DNA of 53,085 nucleotides, taken from positions 1-53,085 of the forward strand of contig CAYSSM010000003.1 of assembly GCA_964433905.1 (NCBI GenBank), given 5' to 3'. How positions within the stretch are numbered: the stretch's first letter is position 1; every line of letters begins with the position of its first letter. This document shows positions 33,338 through 41,026 of this stretch, one piece after another. This stretch comes from an uncultured Candidatus Saccharibacteria bacterium. Lineage in GTDB: Bacteria; Patescibacteriota; UBA1384; UBA12157; JAENIV01. A program made the position numbers and the translations under genes. The notes beneath the pieces were generated by a model, which saw nothing but the letters and a program-made list of their open reading frames with translations, did no database searches and was not told the origin of the DNA.

Positions 33338-34084
33338 TTACTTAATTCCAATGATAGCCGCCTGAAAAATAGTTTTATCTCTTTCGAGACGATAGCTGCC
33401 ATAGATGCCGGGATTACAGACAGGACAATCGTGAGAGATTTCAATGTTATTTTTTAATATATTATGTTTTATTAAATCTTCGAACGCGGCTCTTTTTAAA
33501 TCAACATAGCCATCGTGATTTCTTACAAAGGTCGCTGAAGGATATTTATCTTTGAACTTTTCAAGGACATCTTTTTTAACGACAAAATGTTTTTGACAAA
33601 TACTCGGCCCGATGCCAACGATAAGATCGTCAGGAAAAGAACCCATATTTTTTAATTTGCTTATTAAGTTTGGGATTATTCCGGCAAGAATCCCCCGCCA
33701 TCCGGCATGAATAATCGAAACAATATTTAAGGCCGGATCGTAAACAAGAATCGGCAAGCAATCGGCAACAGTTATCATCAAAGATATTTCTTTTTCGGCA
33801 GTAATTAGCCCATCACACATTGGAATAGCTGACTTTTGATCCCGACTGCCGCGACCCGCTTCTTGGCGCCCAATAACGGATATTTTTTCACTATGACTCA
33901 TGTTGGCCACGGCTACATTTTTAATTTCAATGCCTAATTCTTTGAAAAAATGCTCCCTATTTTTGATAACTTCTTCGGTTTTTCCTTTGCCAAATTTCAT
34001 TTGACCGTAATTTCGTTTTGAGATGCCGTGAACAATTCCCTGAAATTTTGATAAATTTGAAAATTTGAAAGTTCCGTCTTCCAT
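33338..34084 (-). CDS. pgeF: Peptidoglycan editing factor PgeF / YfiH (DUF152, laccase-domain) family
   Basis: 248 aa. Family motifs VADCLPI, HAGWRG, CxxC near the C-terminus (HDCPVCN). Confidence 0.8.
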   Translation of the reverse strand: MEDGTFKFSNLSKFQGIVHGISKRNYGQMKFGKGKTEEVIKNREHFFKELGIEIKNVAVANMSHSEKISVIGRQEAGRGSRDQKSAIPMCDGLITAEKEISLMITVADCLPILVYDPALNIVSIIHAGWRGILAGIIPNLISKLKNMGSFPDDLIVGIGPSICQKHFVVKKDVLEKFKDKYPSATFVRNHDGYVDLKRAAFEDLIKHNILKNNIEISHDCPVCNPGIYGSYRLERDKTIFQAAIIGIK

Positions 34085-34139
34085 ATTTTAATTGTAGCAA
34101 AAAAATCACCTTAAATAAAGGAAAATTTGGTTAAATTTA

Positions 34140-35162
34140 CTATCCCCTACCAATGAGGGCGATCATTAGACCGATGGATGCCGTTACTGCTGAAATTACC
34201 CAAAAACGCATGGTAACTTTGGTTTCCGGCCATCCGAGAGCTTCCAAATGATGATGTAAGGGTGACGAAATAAATACTTTTTTCTTAAATAGCTTTTTTG
34301 AAGTTATTTGGATGATGACAGAAAGCGCCTCGACGACAAAAATAAAACCGATAATAGGCAATACAGCCACCGAATTGGTTAAAAAAGCAATTACAGCTAA
34401 GGTCATCCCCAAAGACATCGAACCGGTATCGCCCATGAAAAAGCGCGCCGGATGGATATTAAACCACAGAAAAGCCAGCAGCGCCCCCGAAATCGTCCCG
34501 CAGAAAACCGCTAAAGGAACTTTTCCCTGGACCAAAGCGATAATGGCGTAAGCGCTAAAAGAAATCGCCAGCGTACCGCCCGCCAGGCCATCAAGGCCGT
34601 CGGTTTCATTAACTGCGAAAGCAAAGAAAACAATTGTCAAAATGAAGATCGGTATATACCACCAACCAAGAAAGAAATCGCCAATACCGGGAATATGAAA
34701 GATGTCCCAGCCAAGTTTAAAATAAAACCACCAGGCGCCAACGGCGGCAATGGCAATGTAAATTAAAAATTTGTAGCGAAAACGGATTCCGCCGTTGTTG
34801 GGACCTACGCCGCGAATGTTGGCTAAATCGTCAATCGCCCCGATAATTCCCGTAGCAACCAAAGCAAATAACGGCAGCCATGTACCGGCGCGAGAGAGAT
34901 TAAAAAGAATTGTAATTACCGCCGCCGTCACCCATATTAAAAGCCCTCCCATGGTTGGAGTATTGGCTTTGTCCTTGTGAAGACTGTAAAAAATCGGTGC
35001 TTTTTGCTCATCGTAGCCGGTTTTGCGGATTCGCTTGCCTAATTTATTGCGATACAAAAAATCGGTAAAAATAGGCGTCCAAATAACGGCGATAAGGAAA
35101 GAAAGGGCCGTCAAATAAAATATTTTTGCTAAATTAGGTAAGAAAAGTTGAATTTGTTCCAC
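34140..35162 (-). CDS. mraY: Phospho-N-acetylmuramoyl-pentapeptide transferase
   Basis: 340 aa, 10 TM. NETDGLDGLA and PLHHHLE signatures. Confidence 0.93.
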   Translation of the reverse strand: MEQIQLFLPNLAKIFYLTALSFLIAVIWTPIFTDFLYRNKLGKRIRKTGYDEQKAPIFYSLHKDKANTPTMGGLLIWVTAAVITILFNLSRAGTWLPLFALVATGIIGAIDDLANIRGVGPNNGGIRFRYKFLIYIAIAAVGAWWFYFKLGWDIFHIPGIGDFFLGWWYIPIFILTIVFFAFAVNETDGLDGLAGGTLAISFSAYAIIALVQGKVPLAVFCGTISGALLAFLWFNIHPARFFMGDTGSMSLGMTLAVIAFLTNSVAVLPIIGFIFVVEALSVIIQITSKKLFKKKVFISSPLHHHLEALGWPETKVTMRFWVISAVTASIGLMIALIGRG

Positions 35163-36356
35163 TTATTTTTTTAAAACCTCAACTATTTTTTCGAGTTTAA
35201 TTGCTCTTGATGCTTTTAATAAGATTATATCATCAGTATGGATTTTGTTCAAAAGATAATCTGCAGCTTTTAAGGAATCATCAAAATGGATGTTGGCTTT
35301 ATATCTTTTCGAAAGCTCACCGACAGAAATTACCTCGTCAGCAACTTCACGGGCGTAATCGCCAATTAAATTATGGGCTTCGTCAGATATGTTGCCAATT
35401 TCCAACATATCGCCCAAAACCGCATATTTTTTTCCGCTATTATTGGAATTAGGCAAATTTTTTAATACATCCAAAGCCGCCCGCATTGAAACAGGATTGG
35501 CGTTATAAGTATCATCAATAATTATTGTTTGTTTTTTGCCCTCGTAAACCATTAGACGCTGTTTTTCCGGTTTAATTTGTTTGATGCCGGCAACGATTTC
35601 CCGCAAGTCCATACCTAATATTTTTCCAACGCTGGCGGCGGATAGTGCCGCATAGATATTCCACTTTTTTCCCAAAGTAAAAGTAACCGCCGGCAATTTT
35701 TTTTCTCCCATGATAATTTGAAATTTCGTAATTGGCCGATAATCAATAATCTCAGTGGTGATATTACGGGCATAAATATCGGCAGGTTCTTCAATTCCGT
35801 AGGTCGTAACTTGAAATTGACAGCTATTTAAAACTTCTCTAACTTTTTCATCGTCAATATTAAGTACCGCCCAACCATCCTCGGATAATGCCCTCAAAAG
35901 ATCGGTCTTTTCTTCGATAATTTTTTCAATCTTGCCAAAAGCGGCTAAGTGCGCCGGGCCAATACTGGTAAGAACAGCTATTTTTGGTTTAACAAAATCA
36001 GTTAAATATCTGATATCGCCGGGTTTATCGGCGGCTATTTCTAAAACTAAAACTTTATTTTTTTTGCTAAAAATACTTTTAAAAGGGCAAGTGATAACAA
36101 TCGGCAGCCACTGGAAAAATATTGATGGTGATTTTTTATAGCCCAAAATTGCCAACGGCACGCCAGTTTCATTATTTAAATTACCTTCGGATTTTCTAAT
36201 ATTGCCGTCAAACTTAACCTTTAATACCTCAAAAATGGCGTCTTTGGTTGAAGTTTTGCCCACAGAACCGGTGATTGCCACAATATCCGGTTTTGACCGT
36301 TTAAGATAACATTTTGCCCAAAATTTAAGACATGATTGTAATAATTTTGAAAACAT
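35163..36356 (-). CDS. murF: UDP-MurNAc-tripeptide--D-alanyl-D-alanine ligase (short N-terminus)
   Basis: 397 aa. ITGSVGKTSTK P-loop and IIDDTYNANP (MurF-type rather than MurE DNPR). Confidence 0.88.
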   Translation of the reverse strand: MFSKLLQSCLKFWAKCYLKRSKPDIVAITGSVGKTSTKDAIFEVLKVKFDGNIRKSEGNLNNETGVPLAILGYKKSPSIFFQWLPIVITCPFKSIFSKKNKVLVLEIAADKPGDIRYLTDFVKPKIAVLTSIGPAHLAAFGKIEKIIEEKTDLLRALSEDGWAVLNIDDEKVREVLNSCQFQVTTYGIEEPADIYARNITTEIIDYRPITKFQIIMGEKKLPAVTFTLGKKWNIYAALSAASVGKILGMDLREIVAGIKQIKPEKQRLMVYEGKKQTIIIDDTYNANPVSMRAALDVLKNLPNSNNSGKKYAVLGDMLEIGNISDEAHNLIGDYAREVADEVISVGELSKRYKANIHFDDSLKAADYLLNKIHTDDIILLKASRAIKLEKIVEVLKK

Positions 36357-36432
36357 AAGCTAAATTTTAATATTGTATTAGACTGGCTATTTTATCACAA
36401 ATTTCTTTGTTTGTCGATAATTGTTGAGGAAA

Positions 36433-38124
36433 TTATTGGCTTGGTGGCACACGAAAGTATTCCAAAAGCCATTTGGCCATTGTGCCAAATGTCGGCGCCG
36501 CCGAACTTTCTGCCCATTCAGCATTTTTTGGCTGGTCTAACCTTACCAGCATTATAAATTTAGGATCATCGGCTGGCGCAAAGCCAATAAATGAACCGAT
36601 GTGACGGTCTTTATAATAACCGCCGCCGGGATTAGGAACTTGAGCGGTGCCGGTTTTTCCGGCAACTTTGTAGCCGCTCACGCCGGCTTTTTTGCCATGG
36701 CCTTTTTCAACGACCGACACCATCATATCCTTAACTTTATTGGCAGTATCAGTGTTTAAAACCCTTTTTACTTCTTGCGGCTGATGATAATCTTTATTAC
36801 CGTCGGCATAACTAATTTCTGATACAATATACGGTTTCATCAGTTTGCCACCGTTAGCAATACTGGCGGCGGCAGTAATAAGCTGAATTGGAGTAACCGA
36901 AATTCCCTGACCAAAAGCAATTGTTGCTCGCTGCGTATTCGACCATTTTTTTACATCCAAAACATCGCCGGTTGCCTCGGTATCAAGTTCGATGGCAGTT
37001 TTACGGCCGAAACCGTAGTCTTTGACATATTTGTATTCAAGTTCTTTCCCTAACTGCTCGGAAATCCAAACCATGGCTACATTATCAGAGTTCTCTAACA
37101 CCTGGGTCATTGTTTCTTTACCATAGGCCTGATCGGTTGAAGTGTGAATTTCGTAACTATCAACGGTCACCATATTTGAGAAAATGCCTTCCGTGTCGGG
37201 CTGAACTTTGCCTTCGTTAATAGCCGCGGCCATAATTAACGGTTTAAACACCGACCCCGGCTCCCAGGCGGAAACAATCGTCGAATTATTAAAAACATCT
37301 TGATCTTCTTTCGCCACCTCGGAAAATTTATTAGGGTCAAAAGACGGCTCACCGGCCATGGCTATGATTGCCCCTGTTTTCGGATCCATTATTGTAATTG
37401 AACCAGAATCTGCCTTAAATTCTTTTACGGCTTCTTGCAAAACATTTTCGGCTTTGTATTGAATATTTTTATCAATTGTTAAGACATAATCCGCGCCATT
37501 GGTTGGCTCAATTTTATCGCCAATACTAAACAAGCGACCGCGAATGTCTTTTTCGGCTGAAATCTCGCCGCCGTATCCGCGGAGCTCTTCATCAAAAAAT
37601 CCTTCAATTCCGTATTGGCCTTCAGACGAATTATTGACAAATCCTAAAATGTGCGACGCCAATTGATTTTCAGGATAGAATCGCCGCGATTCGGGCAGAA
37701 CCAATATTCCCCGAAGTTTTAAATCGGCTATTTTATCACCTTCTTCTTCACTGAGGCCGTGTTTTAATGGCGGAATATAATTTTTATCATTATTAATGAG
37801 ATTAAAAATTTCATTTTTTGTTAGACCCAATATTTTAGCAAGTTTATCGGCAACTTCGTCAGGATTTTTGATATTTTTTGGCACAGCTAAAACTTGAAAA
37901 TATTGCCGATTGGTGGCCAACGGAAACATATCCGAGGAATAAATTTTGCCTCTTTGGGCTGGGAGATCTTTTTTAATGATATATTGATCTTGAGCTGAAG
38001 CAAGGTATGTAGCATGTTCTAAAACTTGTTTTTGAAAAAGACGAAAACCCAAAATGGCAGCTATAACTACAATAAAGCCGATAGTAAAATTTAATCGTTT
38101 GCCCCAAAAATTATTATTTTCCAT
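36433..38124 (-). CDS. ftsI: Class B penicillin-binding protein (FtsI/PBP2-type transpeptidase)
   Basis: 563 aa. N-terminal TM, dimerisation domain, SVFKP, SDN, KTGT motifs. Confidence 0.9.
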   Translation of the reverse strand: MENNNFWGKRLNFTIGFIVVIAAILGFRLFQKQVLEHATYLASAQDQYIIKKDLPAQRGKIYSSDMFPLATNRQYFQVLAVPKNIKNPDEVADKLAKILGLTKNEIFNLINNDKNYIPPLKHGLSEEEGDKIADLKLRGILVLPESRRFYPENQLASHILGFVNNSSEGQYGIEGFFDEELRGYGGEISAEKDIRGRLFSIGDKIEPTNGADYVLTIDKNIQYKAENVLQEAVKEFKADSGSITIMDPKTGAIIAMAGEPSFDPNKFSEVAKEDQDVFNNSTIVSAWEPGSVFKPLIMAAAINEGKVQPDTEGIFSNMVTVDSYEIHTSTDQAYGKETMTQVLENSDNVAMVWISEQLGKELEYKYVKDYGFGRKTAIELDTEATGDVLDVKKWSNTQRATIAFGQGISVTPIQLITAAASIANGGKLMKPYIVSEISYADGNKDYHQPQEVKRVLNTDTANKVKDMMVSVVEKGHGKKAGVSGYKVAGKTGTAQVPNPGGGYYKDRHIGSFIGFAPADDPKFIMLVRLDQPKNAEWAESSAAPTFGTMAKWLLEYFRVPPSQ

Positions 38125-38147
38125 AATTAAATGAATAGACCAATGAC

Positions 38148-38453
38148 TTACAGAGCCGGCTCCATATTCATCGTTTGAGCGCTGTTTTTAATTTCGTTTA
38201 AAGATTTTAAGCGCGCTGATTCAACTTCTAATTGTTTAACATCAGTCAAAGCTTTGGATTTTTGGCTTTCTAAATCCATAATTTTATATTTAAAAGTTGC
38301 TGATTGAGTGCTTTGAGCAAGGTAAAAAAGCGCCGCTACGGCCAGTAAAACAATCGTAACAAATTTCAGCGTTATCGGACCAATTTTTAAACTGCTACCG
38401 ATGGTTCTTTTTCTTAATCCTTGCTCCCAAGTATTTGCTCGAGTGATTAGCAT
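38148..38453 (-). CDS. ftsL: FtsL-like cell division protein (TM plus coiled coil)
   Basis: 101 aa. Single TM and a leucine-zipper-like segment. Canonical position between rsmH and ftsI. Confidence 0.65.
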   Translation of the reverse strand: MLITRANTWEQGLRKRTIGSSLKIGPITLKFVTIVLLAVAALFYLAQSTQSATFKYKIMDLESQKSKALTDVKQLEVESARLKSLNEIKNSAQTMNMEPAL

Positions 38454-38477
38454 TAAACCCTCCTAAAAAATTAATTT

Positions 38478-38503
38478 TCAATTTACAATTACAATTTACA
38501 ATT
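38478..38503. repeat. AT-rich 6-7 nt tandem repeat (CAATTTA/CAATTA)
   Basis: caatttacaattacaatttacaattt spans the rsmH stop codon and the rsmH-ftsL spacer. Confidence 0.6.
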
Positions 38504-39380
38504 TCTTTGCTACTCTTAGTTTTGCCGACCTGGCTTTGGGATTTATGGCAATTTCTTTTTGCGATGCCACGATCGGTTTTTTTGTTAAGATTTCCAAATC
38601 TAATGAATCATGAAAGAAATTTTTTACAATTCTATCTTCAAGCGAATGAAAGGAGATTACGGCAATTCTCCCGCCAGGAGATAAAATTTGAACCGCTTGA
38701 GGTAAAACTCTTTTTAAGTTCTCTAACTCATTATTGACTGCCATTCTTAACGCCCGAAAGGTTGAAGTGGCAAAATGGTGCTCTCTGCTATAACGGTATT
38801 CGGGCGGCATAGCTTGCTTGATTATTTCGACTAATTTATCGGTAGTTTTAATTGGCTCTCTTTTTCTTGACAATACTATCTTGGCGGTTATTTTCTTTGC
38901 GAATCGTTCTTCCCCAAGCTCGAATAGTATTTTGCTCAAATCTTTTTCTGAATAATTGTTAACGATATCAGCGGCGGTAATTTTCTGGCGTGTTGGGTCC
39001 ATCCGCATGTCAAGCAAGGATTTAAGATTAAAACTAAAACCTCGTTTTGGTGTTGAAAGCTGATAAGTTGAAACGCCCAGATCCAGCAAAATTCCGTTTA
39101 TTTCTTCAACATTCCACTTCCTACGAATTAATCCTAAATCTAAAAAATTTCCATGATAAAAAGAAAAACGCTCGCCAAAAGTTTCTAAATTCTTTTTGGC
39201 TGCCTCTAAAGCCTCGATGTCCTGATCTATACCTAGCAATTTCCCATGTGGACCAATTTTTTCAAGGATCAATTTAGCGTGTCCACCGAAACCAAGCGTT
39301 CCGTCAATAAAATTGTCGTTCTTTTGAGGAGCTAAAGTTTTTATGACTTCCCTTATTAATACGGGGGTGTGTTTTGTCAT
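38496..39380 (-). CDS. rsmH: 16S rRNA (cytosine1402-N4)-methyltransferase
   Basis: 294 aa. HTPVL start, DGTLGFGGH SAM motif, SFHSLEDR. Confidence 0.93.
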   Translation of the reverse strand: MTKHTPVLIREVIKTLAPQKNDNFIDGTLGFGGHAKLILEKIGPHGKLLGIDQDIEALEAAKKNLETFGERFSFYHGNFLDLGLIRRKWNVEEINGILLDLGVSTYQLSTPKRGFSFNLKSLLDMRMDPTRQKITAADIVNNYSEKDLSKILFELGEERFAKKITAKIVLSRKREPIKTTDKLVEIIKQAMPPEYRYSREHHFATSTFRALRMAVNNELENLKRVLPQAVQILSPGGRIAVISFHSLEDRIVKNFFHDSLDLEILTKKPIVASQKEIAINPKARSAKLRVAKKL

Positions 39381-39396
39381 ATGATATCCTGAAAAA

Positions 39397-39530
39397 GACT
39401 AGCAGCCAGTGCCCCTCCTTAAAATTTTTCCATTTTTGTTTTGCCCCGCACCGGCAAATTTTCTTGACGGGTAGGGCCGAAAAAATATATCCATATGCAG
39501 CCATTTTTTTGTTTTAGCTGGCTGCTAGTC
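39397..39530. repeat. 134-bp element bounded by perfect 13-bp terminal inverted repeats, in the mraZ-rsmH spacer
   Basis: GACTAGCAGCCAG (39397-409) ... CTGGCTGCTAGTC (39518-30). On the mRNA-sense (minus) strand the closing stem is followed by TTTTT. An internal competing 7-mer GCAGCCA lies at 39497-503. Confidence 0.5.
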
Positions 39531-39605
39531 AAACAAAGTAATTTCCGACCAATCTTTAATCACGAATTGTTACTAATTCTGAAGGTGACTATTATTATCT
39601 TTATA

Positions 39606-39685
39606 TTATTCGTGGGCAAGATTCGTCGTATCTGATAGCTTCCCTATACATTAGTGTTTATTCGTGAAAGAAATTCGTCGTATCT
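39606..39685. repeat. 52-bp-period tandem direct repeat abutting the mraZ stop codon
   Basis: TTATTCGTG at 39606 and 39658; ATTCGTCGTATCT at 39621 and 39673. An inverted CACGAAT lies at 39571. Confidence 0.6.
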
Positions 39686-40115
39686 ATACTCCCAAATCGG
39701 CCATGTGCTTGGCAATTTGGTCGGTGGCTTTTTCGGTTTTTTCTTTATATTCTTTCCATTTCGCCTCATCCCAAATTTCCAAACGGTTGAATAATCCTGC
39801 AATAATAGCGTTCTTTGTTAATCCGGCATAAGTCCTGAGATACCCCGGTAAAAGGGCTCGACCCTGGCTGTCAAACTCCACTTCCATAGCGCCGGCAAGC
39901 ATTAAACGAGAAAAAGCTCTTGAATTTGCATCCGATAACGGTAAAGAAGCTAATTTCTCGGCTAATGTCTGCCATTCTTTTTTGGGAAAAAGCCACAAAC
40001 AATTGTCGATTCCGCGAGTTACGACGGCGCCACTGCCAATATCCCTTCTTATCTTGGAAGGAACAGCCATCCTTCCTTTCTGGTCGATTGTATGTTGATA
40101 TTCACCGATGAACAT
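39684..40115 (-). CDS. mraZ: Transcriptional regulator MraZ
   Basis: 143 aa. MFIGEYQHTIDQKGRMAVPSK and second SpoVT/AbrB-like repeat DSQGRALLP. Confidence 0.93.
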   Translation of the reverse strand: MFIGEYQHTIDQKGRMAVPSKIRRDIGSGAVVTRGIDNCLWLFPKKEWQTLAEKLASLPLSDANSRAFSRLMLAGAMEVEFDSQGRALLPGYLRTYAGLTKNAIIAGLFNRLEIWDEAKWKEYKEKTEKATDQIAKHMADLGV

Positions 40116-40188
40116 ATAAAGGTCCTCGCCAATAACTAATTGGACTAATAACGAATTTATTTGTTATTAGATTAAATTGGTTATTAGT

Positions 40189-40246
40189 GTGGAAAGATTT
40201 CCACAGAAATCGTTGGTTTTCCCCACTTTTATCCACATGTCAACAC
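40189..40246 (-). promoter_or_regulatory. Candidate MraZ operator: three GTG(G/T)-boxes at 10-bp phasing plus an 18-bp palindrome
   Basis: Minus strand GAAGTGTTGACATGTGGATAAAAGTGGGGAAAA (boxes at 40242-46, 40232-36, 40222-26), then TGTGGAAA-tc-TTTCCACA. Confidence 0.55.
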
Positions 40247-40255
40247 TTCCTCTCC

Positions 40256-40284
40256 ATTTTATGCCACCCGTATATTCCTGTCAA
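40256..40284 (-). promoter_or_regulatory. dcw/mraZ promoter
   Basis: Minus strand TTGACA-N17-TAAAAT, immediately upstream of the GTGG boxes. Confidence 0.6.
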
Positions 40285-40316
40285 GCAGTTAAAAGCCATT
40301 AAATTAACAGGTTAAA

Positions 40317-40341
40317 CTAAAAACACACCCGTAGGGTGTGG
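40317..40341 (-). terminator. Rho-independent terminator after the 211-aa gene
   Basis: Minus strand CACACCC-tac-GGGTGTG-TTTTT. Confidence 0.6.
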
Positions 40342-40384
40342 ATAAGTATTGGTGCCTTACTTCAAAACTAGTTTATCTTAATAC

Positions 40385-41020
40385 TTATTTATATTCTTCT
40401 GGATAGACTTCTAATATAGTAAGATTTTTAGGATCAATATCAATTTGCACCGGAGAGGTATTCTGTCCACCATAGACAAAACGCCATAAAAAATTTTGAT
40501 TTGATCGTTTAGCTAAAGTGGCAATATAGTTATTCTCAGAATCGGGGTTTTTTATATCATAATTTTGAAAATATTTCTGCACTATAGATAAAGCTTCCGG
40601 AAAATCTTTTATTCCTTCTAAATTAATCTGTTCATTGTTGGAGATAATTTTAATTGTAGTTTTTGTAAGCTTATATTCCCCTGTTTCCGGTATAACTGAA
40701 AAGAGCATGTCAAAATTTTCTTCCGAGTCATAAAAAGCAAAGCTATTGTCTGGTTGATCAAAATTAAATGAACCATACATCTTATCGATAATAACATAGT
40801 AAAGTTGAGGATCTTTCGAATACTTTCCAACGATCTCATAAGCTTTCTGCGATTGTTCTAAAATTGAATCTTTATTCTTTAATTCAAGAGTCCCCGACTC
40901 AAGAGTTTGGTCAGGAGATATCTTAGATTGATATTGTCTTTTACCAATAAAATAAAGATACCCTAAAAGGATAAAAGTGAATAATAGAATGATTAATATA
41001 ATCCACAGCCATTTTTTCAT
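40385..41020 (-). CDS. Hypothetical membrane-anchored protein
   Basis: 211 aa. N-terminal TM (WLWIILIILLFTFILLGYLYFI). No recognisable family. Confidence 0.6.
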   Translation of the reverse strand: MKKWLWIILIILLFTFILLGYLYFIGKRQYQSKISPDQTLESGTLELKNKDSILEQSQKAYEIVGKYSKDPQLYYVIIDKMYGSFNFDQPDNSFAFYDSEENFDMLFSVIPETGEYKLTKTTIKIISNNEQINLEGIKDFPEALSIVQKYFQNYDIKNPDSENNYIATLAKRSNQNFLWRFVYGGQNTSPVQIDIDPKNLTILEVYPEEYK

Positions 41021-41026
41021 ATTTTT

